From the NCBI RefSeq assembly GCF_009834535.1, contig NC_045697.1, positions 2,048,001 to 2,112,000 on the forward strand: 64,000 nt of DNA, in the 5' to 3' direction. The notes under the pieces are model-generated. The model was not told the DNA's origin, ran no database searches, and worked only from the letters and a program-made list of their open reading frames with translations. The translations under genes and the position numbers were made by a program. Positions within the stretch are counted from its first letter, which is position 1. Every line of letters begins with the position of its first letter. Below are positions 11,573-23,499 of this stretch, in pieces. The stretch comes from Camelus ferus (lineage: Eukaryota).

Positions 11573-13329
11573 ATCACCAGGGTGCGGGAGGACAGACTTC
11601 CAGGAGCGAGCCCTTTCCAGTCTGGCAGTATTAGTGGGCGCTGAACTCTCTTTTTGATTGAGTAAGAAATACTTACTGACGGTGGCGTGAAGAAAAATGT
11701 ATCTTCCTAGTCTAGCTGGCGCGCGCTCACGTGCAAGTGGTAGCGTTGCGGTCTGTAGCGCCTGCCTTCAAAGTGGCCTGAACCTGCAGGGTGGGGCTGT
11801 CCCGCCTGGAGTTTGGGTCGGTTGCCCGGCTGGCGTGGAGGCTCCCCCTTCATCAGGAGCCAGTTTCCTTCTGTCGTGTTGCCCTCATCTGCATGTGCCT
11901 CCACCTGAACTTGAAGGTAGCCGCTCCCCAGGCCCCCCATGTCCATGGTCCAGCCTGCAGGAGGGGGGCATCCCACAGGAGGGGGAACCTGGAAGTGGGG
12001 GGCCTGCAGGAGGGGGGAACCCGCAGGAGGCTGGCAAAGGGAGCAGTGGAGTCCCAGTGGAAGTGTCAGGCACCCTCTGCTGCGCCTCATTGGCCGGGCC
12101 TGGCCGCGTGGCTGCAGAGGAGGCCGGGGAGTGCGGCCGCACAGGCAGGCGTCCAGCCCAGATCTCCGTCCCTCGTCAGACCAGCTCTGTGCTCCGCCAC
12201 ACGGGTGGGTTGGTGTGTCACCCACGGGAAAGGCCCCCAAGGCCACGTGTGCATGTTTAGTATGATCTTGTTTTTGTGTGAAGTATTTGAGCACCCCTCA
12301 AATAAACCTAGACATTTTAAAGTGTGCGTGTTTGTATGCAAATATACAGGGAGAAAAGGAGGGAACACTTGGAACAGATAGTGATGGTTACCTCAGGTGC
12401 CGAGTGGAAACTGAGCAGGACGTTGTCATTTTGTTTTGTGCTGTTTTGATTTTTTATTCTGGGCTTATGACCATATTTTACTAACTAAAAATAATTCCTT
12501 TTGAGAAAAAAAATATTATTTTTCTTAGTCCTTTTACTGAGAACAGAGTGAGAGGTGGCCCTGTGCGCCAGCAGCAGTGTTTCTCCGGCGGCGCTGATGA
12601 CCGGCTCGTCGGCTCCCGAGAGGGGAGCTCCGGGTTCAACAAACGGACCCTGTGCAGTGTTTCTAGTACAATGAGAGGAAGTTTTAAAATAGATTGTAAA
12701 CAAAATCTGCAGAATACTAAAAGGCCGGGCTAGGGCCCTAAGATTGAATCCTGCTAAGGCGTGCGGCTTTGATCTCTGCCCCCGGGAAACAATGCCCTTG
12801 GGCAGCGTGGCATCACTCTGCTAATCCAAAGGAAAGGAAGCGAGCAGGGGCCGCAGCCCCTGGGGAGTCAGCGGGTCTGGGGAGACAAGCTGGCGGGGAG
12901 GAGCCTGCTGTCTGCTGCCACACGCGCTCCCCGTCCCTGTGGGGAGTTCCTTCTGAGCATGTGCGCTGAGCACTCTCCGGGGGGCTCACAGCTGCGTGAG
13001 GACCTTGCGGACCCTGCGTTTGAGGCTGGTTGAGGTGCTAGGGGGCAGGGGAGAAGCACTTGGCCCATCCTGGAGCAGGCAGGGCAGGCTTCCTGGAGGA
13101 GCTGGCCATGGTCAGGAGGACGGAGAGTGTGCAACCCTGGGGTGGAGGAGATGGCAGTGAAGGAGCAGAGACAAAGCAGGCCACACTTACTGTTCTTGGT
13201 GTGTACAGGATCCAGGAAAAGTGAGACTGTTCGGGCTACGCAGCCCTCAGCTTTGTCAGAATCAGGGGTGTTTGAAGTGCTTGACTCCCTAAACAATGTA
13301 TTGGTTTGTTTTGCTGTTTCTTCTGCTTT

Positions 13330-15510
13330 ATAAAAAAATGGTTTCATAGCACAATCTTCTACAATGTGTTTTTAAATCATTGACTATCATTTCCAAGATC
13401 TATCCATGATATTATCTGTAGCTGCAGTTTATTCATTTTAACTGTGTGATATTCCATTGTGAGCACCCCACACACTCACACACAGTGGTTAACGAAGTGA
13501 CTGATGACACTGCCGTGCACACGCTTGCACACGTCTCCAGCTGTGTACGTGAAAGACTTTTCTCGGGATCTATCCGGGGAGGGGACTGGCCCATCCGTAG
13601 CAGACGGACTGAGTATGAAGCTTTTAGTCTGCTTGTTCATACTGACAGTAGACAGGTCTCTGGAGCAGGGACAGGTTTAATTACCGGCTTCTAATACTGC
13701 AGTGGTTCCTCCGCGCCCAGTCCTTGCCCTGGGCCAAAACGATGAGAACCATTCAGGTTCGCCCTGCAACTCCAAGAACAAACCCGGGAGCTCACACACA
13801 CGCTGCGCCCCTCCCCTCCTGAGACTGGAGAGAAACCTTTACTCTTGAAGCAAATTCTCTTTCCAGACAGAGGAGGAGATCCTGGGTTTTCCCTTTTACC
13901 CTTTAAAGATGGGTGAGCGTCTCCAGGAGGAATGTTAAGACTGGCCTCTCCTGGGAGGTGCTTCAGGTCTCACTCCTCTGAAAGGCCAGCCTCTCCTGGA
14001 GTTTTCACCATCTAGTCCATCATAATTTAACCTCCAAGTCACAAGACTCGGAGACTTTTAGTTCAACTTCCAAGTCTCAGTAAAATTTGCTTAGAATGCC
14101 CTAACCGTGCCGAAACCCCACACTAGCCAGTGCAGGCGGTCCGACTGCAGCCCGTCCTCGCCAGAACTCGCCGTCTTCACACTCCTCAAGGTTTTGCCAA
14201 TCTGTTAGTTGTAAAATGGTGTCTTGTTATGGCTTTAGTTTGCATTCCCTCCAGCGTACAGATTTGATTTCCTCTTTGTTGAGGGGCCTACTGAAAACTC
14301 TGCTCATTTTTCTGTTGGGTTGGCTTTGCCTCTGACGAGTAGGAGTTCTAGACTCTGGCTGTTAGCCTTTTGCCGATTACATGTGTTACACGTGTGCCTT
14401 CCCATGTTTCACTTGCTGTGGCATCTTGACAGTCAGAAGTTCTTGGCTTCAGTGTCGTCCAGCTTGTCAGCTTTTCTCTTAGAGTTTGCACTTTTGATGT
14501 AACACATTCACTACTACCCTGAGGTCAGAAAGATTTTCTCCTTTTTTTTCCTAAAGTCTTTTGGAGTTGATTTTTATGAATGGAGTAAGGTGGGTGGCAA
14601 GCTAATTTTTCTCTGTGTGGATGACAGGTTGTGGGAGCACTACATTCGTGCTCTCACGTGGCCCAGCCACATCCCTCTGCTGGACGTCGTGTGTTCACAT
14701 ACATGCTGGTCTCAGTTCTCTGCACTCCGCCATCAGTACCACCAACAGCACTTTACTTTCAGAATTGTAGCTTTGTATCTGATCTGCCAAATCTCCTTAT
14801 CTGATCTTGGTTTTGCTTGAGCCTTGCTCTTTTATGTAGATTTTACAGTCAGCTTATAAATTCTCCAAAAAATGCTGTTAACGTTTTTATTGTGAGAACT
14901 GACATATCCAGGACATTGAGCCTTCCTATCCATGAACATGGTATCTCTCACCATTTGTTTAGGTTTTCTTTATTTTCTTTCAGTGAAAAGTTATAACTAC
15001 CTTCACAAACATTGTTGATTAGACTTATTCTTAGATTCTTTGACTAAGTTTATTCCTAGGTGCCTTATATAATTTGTTTCTGTTCTAAGTGGTACTCCTA
15101 GAAACTGTGAATGTTAACTTTTGTGATATATAAAAGTACAGTGGATTTGCTGCTTTCTATATGCAGCTGCCCTGCCAGGGTTATCTCTGTTAGTATTTTT
15201 TGATACTTGTCATTATGAGTGGGTGTTGAAGTTCAGCCTTTCTCTTTTGGTTATTTTACATTCATTGGGGCAATCAAATGTGCTTCCTCCATCACGGTGC
15301 CAAGGTGGCATATCACACTGATTGATTTTGGAATATTAAACCACGCCTGCTTTCCTGAGATAAGTCTAATCCATGGTTATCTTTTTCATGCACTGATGGA
15401 TATTTCTGTAGAATTTCTGAATCTGTGTTTATGAGTGAGACTGTCTTACAGTTTTTCCTTCTCTCATTGTCTGTCTGGTTTTGGTACCAAGGTCATTCTC
15501 CCTCATAAAG
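13330..15510 (-). mobile_element. Fragmented ancient L1 (L1ME-like) 3' region, interrupted by an unassigned segment at about 13700-14130
   Basis: Antisense L1 motifs such as ccttcctatccatgaacatggtatctctcaccatttg and tttattcctagg. Confidence 0.6.
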
Positions 15511-15537
15511 TTATAAAATCAACGGTGGCATTTTCTC

Positions 15538-15582
15538 CCTCTCCTCCTACTCTTCTTCTTCTTCTTCTCCTCCTTCTTCTTT
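15538..15582. repeat. (CTT/CCT)n microsatellite, probably the decayed tail of the adjacent L1
   Basis: cttcttcttcttcttctcctccttcttc directly next to the L1MC 3' end. Confidence 0.8.
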
Positions 15583-16105
15583 TAATAGACTTTAGTTTTT
15601 TAGAGCAGTTTCAGGTTCACAACAGAATTGAGCAGAAAATACAGAGAGTTCGCACATAGCCCTCCCCACCCACGTGTATATACTCCCCTACCCTCAGCAT
15701 CCCTCATCAGTGTGGCATGTTTGGTACAATTGATGAACCATCGTGGACACATTATTATCAACCAAAGTCCATAGTTTACATTGGGATTCACTCTTGATGT
15801 TGTACATTCTGTGGGTTTTGACAAATGCATGATGACATGTAGCCACCACTGTAGTATCATACAGAATAATTTCATTGCCCTAAAAATCCCTTGTTGCTCC
15901 ATCTATTCATTCCTCCCTCCCTCCCTCTCCCCAAACCCCTGGAAACCATGATCTTTTTATGGTTTCTATAGCTGTGCCTTTTCCCGAATGTTATTTGGTT
16001 GGAATTGTACAGTTTGTAGCCTTTTCAGACTGGCTTCTTTCATTTAGTAATATATCTTCTAAGTTTCTTCCATGTCGTTCATGGCTTGATAGATCATTTT
16101 TTTTA
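15583..16105 (-). mobile_element. L1MC-like 3' end
   Basis: Homologous to the 7283-7780 copy (tagagcagtttcaggttcac..., gccttttcagactggcttctttcatttag). Confidence 0.85.
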
Positions 16106-16189
16106 ATGCCACATATAGTTTTTAATTTACTTGTATGTACATTGTTTCTAAGAATGTTTACAGCTTTAGCTTTTAAACTTACATAGTTA

Positions 16190-16730
16190 TCAAAGGAATA
16201 AAGCCAACCACAAAATAAGAATTAATTCAAAAAGATACATACACCCTGCTATTAACAGCAACATTATTTATGATTGCCAAGATACGGAAGCGCCCCAAGT
16301 GCACATCAATAGTGGAATAGATAATGAAGGTGCAGCATATATACACGTAATGGAACACAACTCACCCATAAGAAGGGAGGGTATTTTGCCATCTGTGGCC
16401 CTTCACTTTTTTTTTTTCACCTCAAAAACCAGAATTTTGTAACCAGCACAAACATGTCCATTACATCAAAAACAACAAAATATCTAGAAATAAACTTAGC
16501 CAAGGAGGTTACCTACACTCTGAAAACCGAAATGACACAAAGAAATGGAAAGATTTCTTGTGCTCTTGGACTGGAGGAATCAACGCTATTAAAATGGCCA
16601 CACTACCCAAAGCAACCCAAGATCCATTGCAACCCCCGTCAAAATACTCGTGACATTCTTCACAGAACTACAGCAGACAATTCCAAAGTTTATAAGGAAC
16701 CACAAAAGACCCCGAACAGCTAAAGCAATC
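16190..16730 (+). mobile_element. Two short L1 ORF2 fragments separated by a poly(T) run
   Basis: 16190-16400 resembles the ORF2 C-terminus (attgccaagatacggaagcgccccaagtg). 16455-16730 reads KYLEINLAKEV, an RT-downstream segment. Confidence 0.75.
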
Positions 16731-18660
16731 TTTTGTGGGTCTTTTTTTTTTTTTTTCCCCACTTTCTTCTTTTTGTTCTCTTTTCTTATGGTTTGATGAC
16801 TAGAGAAGGTCCTCTAACATTTGTTGCAAAGCTGGCTTGGTGGTGCTGAAATCTTTTAGCTTTTGTTTATCTGTGAAGCTTTTGATTTCTCCATCGAGTC
16901 TGAACAAGAGCCTTGCTGGATAGAGTGCTCTTGGTTGTAAGTTTTCCCCTTTCATCACTTTAAACATATCGTGCCACTCCCTTCTGGCCTCTAGAGTTTC
17001 TGCTGAAAAATCAGCTGATAACCTTATGGGAGTTCCCTTGGATGTCATTTGTTGCTTTTCTCTTGCTAATTTTAATACTTTCTCCTCATCCTTAATTTTT
17101 GTCAGTTTGATGACTGTGTGCCTTCGTGTGTTCCTCTTTGGGCTGATCCTGTGTGATACTTTCTGCGCTTCCAGGACGTGGGTGCCTGTTTCCTTTCCCA
17201 AGTGGGGGCAGTTTTCGGTTATTATCTCTCCAAAAATTTCCTCAGGTCCTTTCTCCCTCCTTCTCTTCCTGGGACCCTGTAATGCGAATATTAGTGCACT
17301 TCATGTTGTCCCAGAGTGCTCTTAAACGATCCTCATTCCTTTCATTCTTCTTTCTTTTTTCTGTTCTGCAGTAGTGATTTCCACTTATCTGTCTTCTAGC
17401 TCACTGATCCGTTCTTCTGCCCCATTCAGTCTGTTCTTGGTTCCTTCTGGTGTATTGTTTATTTCAGCGATTTTATTCTTCAACTCTGTTTGGGTATTCT
17501 TTATATTTTCCAACTCTGCTAAAAACTTCACTCTGTGCTTCTGTACTCCTCTTGAGTTCTCTGAACATCTTCACCATCATTACTTCAAACTCTTTCTCAG
17601 ATAAATTGCCTGTCTCCTCATCACTTAGTTCTTCTTCTTAACCTTGGTCTGGGAGTACTCCTCTGCCACCTCATATTGTTTATCTTTCAATGTGTATTTT
17701 TAGGTAGGTTAGTTAGCGTTTCTCGACCTTGGAGAGGTGGCCCTCTGTGGGAGACGTCCTGTGCGTCCCTGCAGTACACTCCTCTCTTGTCAGACAAGGG
17801 CCAGGGTCCAGCAGGTCCCAGGTTAGAGCCTGGCCTGTGTTTGTGGATTCCTTCCACAGGCTTTGGGCTTGTTGTTTTCTTATTTCTGGTATCTGCTCCC
17901 TGGTGGATGAGGCTGGACCAGAGGCCTTTGTGGCTCAGGGGGTCTGCTGCTGGGTGGGGCTGTGCTCCCACCCAGTGTGCTGTTTGGTCTGAGGCTTCCC
18001 CACAGGCTGTTGGGTGGCGCTGGATCTTGATGCTAACGATCCATTCGAGATGTCAGCCTCCAGGAAAGCTCTTGTATATGAACACTCTCAGAATATCCAC
18101 CACCAGCTTTTATGTCCCCTGGGTGAGCCACAGCCATCCACCATGTCCCCTGGAGATCCTCCAAATCCAGCAGGCAGGTCTGGCCCAGGTTCCTGTGAAA
18201 TCACTGCCTCTGCCCTTGGACTCAGCACACGCAAGTTTCCGTGTACACTTCCCAAGCAAATGGAGTCTCCTTTTCCCCCAGTCCCATGAGGCTCCCAGAG
18301 CCAAGTCCCCCTGGCCTTCAAACCCAGATTTCCTGGGGTCTCCTTCTCTTCCCAAAGCCAGAACCTGGGCTGGGGAGCCTGACAAGGGGCTTAGAGCTCT
18401 CACTTCTGTGGGAGGGTGACTTAGCTATTGTTCAGCTTGTGGGTCACCCACCCAGGGGGTATGGGACCGAGTTATATCGCGAGCACGCCCCTCCTACCGT
18501 CCTGCTGCGGTTCCCTCTTTATGTTTTCAGTTGCAGATCTTTTTTGCTAAGTTCCAGTCTTTTTTCCAGTGGTTGTCTAGCAGTCAGTTGTGGATTTGTT
18601 GCAGTCACGAGGAGAGGCGAGCTCGTGGTCCTACCACTCCGCCATCTCGACTGGAAATCT
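16731..18660 (-). mobile_element. L1 5' UTR plus degraded ORF1, ending in the A-rich inter-ORF region
   Basis: ORF 16800-17201 (-) is the ORF1p C-terminus (KGTPIRLSADFSAETLEARREWHD, YPARLLF). The minus strand starts gatttccagtcgAGATGGCGGAG, a typical L1 5' terminus. Confidence 0.9.
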
Positions 18661-18699
18661 CTTCTTCCTCCCTTTTGGCATATTGAATCTTTTATTTAA

Positions 18700-19500
18700 A
18701 AAATCCTATTAAGAGATGAAATTTGTTTTGTCTGTTATTAATATAGCTACATGAGCTTTCTCTGAGTCAGAATTTTCTGTCATTTTGTTTAAACTTTTCC
18801 AGTTCTCCATGTGCTAGGATTGCTACCAGAAGTGGTAGATAGTGGGATATCTTTCCTGATCCAGTTTGACATTCTGATAGTTCAAGAGTAAGATCAGAAT
18901 AAATTGGCAAATTTAGTCCATTTGTATTTATTGGGATTACTGGCATGTGGAGTCTTGGTTCCGTGGTGTTACTGTGTACTTTCTGTCAATCTGTCTTTTC
19001 TAGGGCCTCGCCCTCTCCCTGTGCTGTCCTGCCTTTGTTGGTGTGTTTTGTTTTCAAGGCTGTTGGTTTGCTAGCTTTGTTCATCACCTTCTTTATTGGC
19101 TTGAAAGTTATGCCGCCCACCTTGTTCTATCTTTTAAAGGTTTTCATCCTCAGTGACTGCCTGGCACTTAGGTATTTGCTGAATAAGCAAACATATTCCT
19201 TGATTTTCTGTCCCGATCTGAACGTCCTTTCCTGTATATTCGCCCTTTTCTTTCTTGCGCAGGAGACCCAGGCTCTGCTTCGTTCTCAAGAGGGCGACTC
19301 TGTGTGGCGAGGAGCCCCTTCCTTCAGCTCCACACGTCTCTCCACAGTCACTTCCGCATTGTCTAGTTTTCTGTTGGAAATGGAATTTTGTTGATTCTAA
19401 AGCCGTTTTGATTTGGGGCTTAGCATTCTTCCTGACGTTCAGTGTTTTGTGGGAACAAGTTTCAGAGGTTGTGCTTGTCGTTCAGCTCAGGCCACCTCCG
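18700..19500 (-). mobile_element. Ancient L1 ORF2 5' remnant
   Basis: Motifs ttgtctgttattaatatagctac and tttagtccatttgtatttatt. Confidence 0.5.
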
Positions 19501-21754
19501 TGATCAGCTCTGGTGGGAAGTCTGTGCCCCCTTCCCCTTGCCAGGTGGGTCCCTGTCAGGCTCTGCTCCCAGGGGATGGGTGGGAAAAGGGGAAGGGGGT
19601 CTTGCAGTTCCTCCTGGTACTGTGCTTGAGTCCAGTTTGCTGTTTCCTCATCTCTCTGGGGACCTCATTGCCCCCCAGACACCAGCTGTCACCCTGCCCA
19701 CTCTGAGGTCCGAGGTTCGGGTCCCAGCACCACCCACGTTGCATCTGGCGCAGAATTTAAACCCTTCTCCTCTCCTGTGCTGCCCCAGCCCCAGGGGTGC
19801 AGGCCCCCCACCGCCATCCTGGGGTCTCTTTTTACCTTTTCAGTTCTCGATACCTGGTTTGCAGTTCCTTATATGAAATTCTCTCTTAAAACAACTGGTG
19901 TGGTTCTGCCTTCTGACAGTATAGTGGGAGGAGTGAGTGTGTTGGCTGGACGTCTTACTCCTCAAATTCTCTTGGAAAAACCTCCGGATGATCTGGCCTC
20001 TGCCTTAAGCTAAGCATCCTCCCTGGCTGGAGTTTGCTCAGCGAGCGCCTGCTGTGCGCCAGGTGCTCGGGGGTTGGGGGCACAGCCCTCGCCCCGCTGG
20101 GGCTCCTGGTCCAGTGCTTGCAGGCTTCAGGTCAGGCGTTTCTAGTTCTGACTGTCGTGGGGCGCGACCGGGGTCTGGCCCTGACTGCCTCCAGCCGCGT
20201 GACCCCGAGCAGGCCCCGCCCGGGCTGAGGGTTCTCATCTGTGGTTGAGGAGGCTGGACTGGCACCCTAGGCAGTGGGCAGCCGTCAGTCGACCCAGGTT
20301 CTGCTGTTTCTCCTCCCTTGGCCTCGTCTGTGGCCAATGAAGGCATCCCTGCGGGGCCCGCGGCCCTTCTTGGTTTGAGGTGACAGTCCTGAGCAGGGTC
20401 CAGGAGTGGGGAGGGCCACACACTGAAGTCCACCCTGCCATCCAGGTTGTGTCCTCGATGCCGGGGGTCGGCCTCCTGGGAGGCACTTGCGGGCGGTGAG
20501 GGGGACTTGGCCCCACCAGTGCCTCTGGGCGTTGGGGCGCAGCAGCCTCAGGCGGGGGCCTGGTGTCACCCCCTTGCCTTCACAAGCAGTTGTGATGAGT
20601 TGTGTGCAATTTAAAAAGTCGAGTTGGCTTTGAAGAAAGCTGATTTTTAGGCCATTTTGATCTTAATCGCCCCTGTTCAGTTCTGTTTGGGGGTGCCGGC
20701 AGGGGTGCTGCCTCAGTGGCGATTTGTCGGCTTGTCCCTGGAGCACAGCGCTGCCCGTGCACCTTGGCCTGAGGAGAGCCTGCTGGGCGAGGGCAGGATG
20801 GAGGGAGCCTGGGAAGAGGGCCGTTGGGAGAAGAGGGTAGAAGAGAAGGCAGTCCCGGCGCTGAGGGCTCCTCCGTGGCGGTGTCAGGAGTGTCAGTAGG
20901 GCAGCCGCGGGGCTCGTCCGTCCGCAGGCAGCAGGCGGCCAGGGGCTTGGGGGCAGGTGCTTTCCTGCGGAAGGGTGGGTAACAGGTGCGCTAATGGGGT
21001 GGGGGGCTGAGCGCCTGCGGGGTCGTGGTGCAGAAACTTAGCCCAGAGAGCTTTACAAGGAAGTGCCGCGAGGTTTCCCCTTTCTGCAGGATGCCCGGGC
21101 CCTTCTGCAGGTGGAGGGGCAGGGAGAGCCCTCCACTTGCTAGTCTTTAGAAAACATGGCACGTCCTTTGTGCCTGGTCGGTCACTCAGGATTTCAGGTC
21201 CCCTGGAAATCAAAGATTTTCAGCTGTGATGCTTTTTATTTTTAAAGTGTGATGATTTATTAGCTGGAACCAAGACCACATTTGTGGAGGTGTCTGGCAT
21301 AATGACAGTGGATTAATTCCGGTCATTTCCCGAACAAAGAATAAGATGTTTAATGGCTGGTTATTTCGTGCACTTGCATTGGTTTGGTCTTCAGACACCA
21401 GCTGAATGTCTAGGGATTCTTTAGTTTCCTAAAATGCTTATAAAATTATGTGCCAGCAGGAGCCTGCTGAAAACCAGTCTTTATCTCACTAATGATTCCC
21501 CCACCCTCTCGTGCTTTCCCGTTGCCCTGGGACGTGGACTTCGAGGCTAGGGTTGCTCTCTGGGACACACAGTTGGAAGCAGCACAGCAAGTGCTTGGGG
21601 ATCCCAGGATGATTCTTTTTTTTCAAGTTTGTGTTTTCTGTTGTGGTGACCTTGACCTGGACGATCTGGAGGCCCCGATTCCTCCAGGCCATGCGTCAGG
21701 CAGAACTCAAGTCTCCTCCCAAGAAGGTAATGACATCTTTTTCTTTGTGTTTAG

Positions 21755-21871
21755 GGCTCAAAGTTTGGGCGGGGCCTTGGGCTGGCCCTGCCACCTCAGC
21801 GCGCCTCTGCTCGGAGATCTTTCGGGAGGGCCAGGAGGCTGAGCATCACCCGCTCCCTTGATGATCTCGAG
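21755..21871 (+). CDS. RGS12: RGS12 second coding exon, 117 nt (GSKFGRGLGLALPPQRASARRSFGRARRLSITRSLDDLE)
   Basis: Acceptor tttttctttgtgtttAG and donor GAG|GTAACT, phase 0/0. Continues the RGS12 sequence after ...EDTK. Confidence 0.95.
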
Positions 21872-22195
21872 GTAACTTCTTTTTAGTTTTGCTTCTTTTA
21901 TTCTTCTGGTTTTTAAAAATGAAAAGCAATCTTGCAGACACAGCTGAATCTGCTTTGAACCCCACCCTGATCCTACTCCCCCCTCCCTCTTGTGACCTCA
22001 GTCTTCAAGTGGGGCTTCTGCTCACCCCTGGCCCTTCCCCCACCCCGTGTCCCCAACCCTTTTCCTCCACTCCACTGTCTGCACGGCATTGTGCTATGTC
22101 CCCTATTCTTTTACGAGCCAGACGCTCTCATAGACACTTTGGGATGTGAACTAGTTTAACCTTCACAGGAACTCTCTAGGGGGCCTGTCATTCGC

Positions 22196-22813
22196 TGTGA
22201 CTGAACTAAACTTGGGTCTGTTGGCCCAGCACACAGGAAAGCCATCTCCTGACACCAGGCTGTGGTGAAGGAAAGTGCAGCCTTTATTGCAGGGCATCCA
22301 GCAAGGAGAACGGGCAGCTCATGCTCAAAAGACCCCAACTCCCCAAAGGCCTTCAGGGAAGGGCTTTGAAAGGCAGTGTGAGGGAGGGGGTCCCAGGGTG
22401 TGTGATGAGCTCATGCACAGTTCTCTGGCTGGTTGGTGGGGAGGTAACAGGGTGATGTGTCGGGAACCTCGATTGCCAGCCTTCTGGTTCCAACCAGTCT
22501 GGGCTCTGTGTGCTGGTGATCAGCGTGCAGTTAGCTTCTTCCACCAGGTGAGGGCTTCAGTTTCTGCAGAACAAAGATATGAATCAGGGTGTTATCTACA
22601 GACTTTGAGGAGGAGCTGAAGGTCCTTGACTCTGTTTTATGGCTAAACTATTTCTATTTGTCTTGCTTGACTGTTTCCTCTGTTTCTGCATTTTCTCACT
22701 TGTCTGGTTAAATTTGCTCTTGGGTAAGGCCTAGGAGGCTAAAGCTTTTCAAGAGGAAGGGGACACTAGGAGGGTCTGTAAAGGAAGGCCGGGAGGGGTC
22801 CTGCTCTGTTTCA
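22196..22813 (-). mobile_element. Solo ERV1 LTR, MER41-like laurasiatherian family
   Basis: TG...CA termini, about 620 bp. Poly(A) signal on the minus strand (tttatt near 22283). Matches the recalled ungulate MER41-like consensus (ggtgaaggaaagtgcagc, ttctggttccaaccagtctggg, ggtcctgctctgtttca). Confidence 0.8.
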
Positions 22814-22904
22814 TACTCCCTTTTAAAGATGTAGTATTGATCCATAGCTACTGAGAGCATCATTTTGTGTGTTCCTTTTCTTTGATCTATAGCCCTTCAA
22901 AAGT

Positions 22905-23190
22905 TAATAGACTTAACTCCTAGAGCAGCTTTAGGTTTGAAGAAAAGTTAAGCAGGAGGCACAGAGAGTTCCCTGGTGCCCTGGTGCGGTGCACTGGTAT
23001 GTTATCATCAGCCTACGTTCATAGCTTGCGAGACAGGTCCCTCCCTGTACTGCGTATCCTGAAGGGCTTGGACAATGTGTAAGCTCACGCAGCCACCGCT
23101 GCCTTGTTACCCAAAGCATTCACACCCTGAAATCCTTTGGGCTTCCCTGTGCACCCTCCCTGCTTGCCCTGAACCCCTGGGATCCACGGT
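22905..23190 (-). mobile_element. Degenerate L1MC-like 3' end
   Basis: taatagactt...tagagcagctttaggtt, homologous to the copies at 7283 and 15583. Confidence 0.6.
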
Positions 23191-23309
23191 CCTTTCACTG
23201 GCTCGTTTTGTATGTTCTAACATTTTACACGGGTGTAATCCTACTGTATGTCTTATTCTGCCATTTTAAAAACGTTGTAGTATATTTTCAAGATTTGCCT
23301 TGTAATTTT

Positions 23310-23492
23310 TTCAAATTGAAGTCTAGTCAGTTATAATGTCAATTTCTGGTGCACAGCGTCGTGCTTCAGTTGTACATACACATACATATGTTCGTTTTCA
23401 TATTCTTTTTTGTTATAGGTTACTGCAAGATATTGAATATAGCTCCTTGTGCTATACAGAAGAAACTTGTTCTTTAAATCTGTTTTTATATA
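23310..23492 (-). mobile_element. Short cetartiodactyl-type L1 3' end with TSD
   Basis: ttataggttactgcaagatattgaatatagctccttgtgctatacag. CCTTGTA(A/G)TTTT at 23298 and 23493. Confidence 0.8.
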
Positions 23493-23499
23493 CCTTGTA

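Noticed and set aside
13700..14130. Possible ERV leader or LTR fragment inside the old L1
   Set aside because: No termini, TSD or family motif that I can identify with confidence.
21609..21626. ATG-initiated MILFFQ mini-exon spliced to the 117-nt exon
   Set aside because: In phase, but the donor CAA|GTTTGT is very weak and there is no other support.
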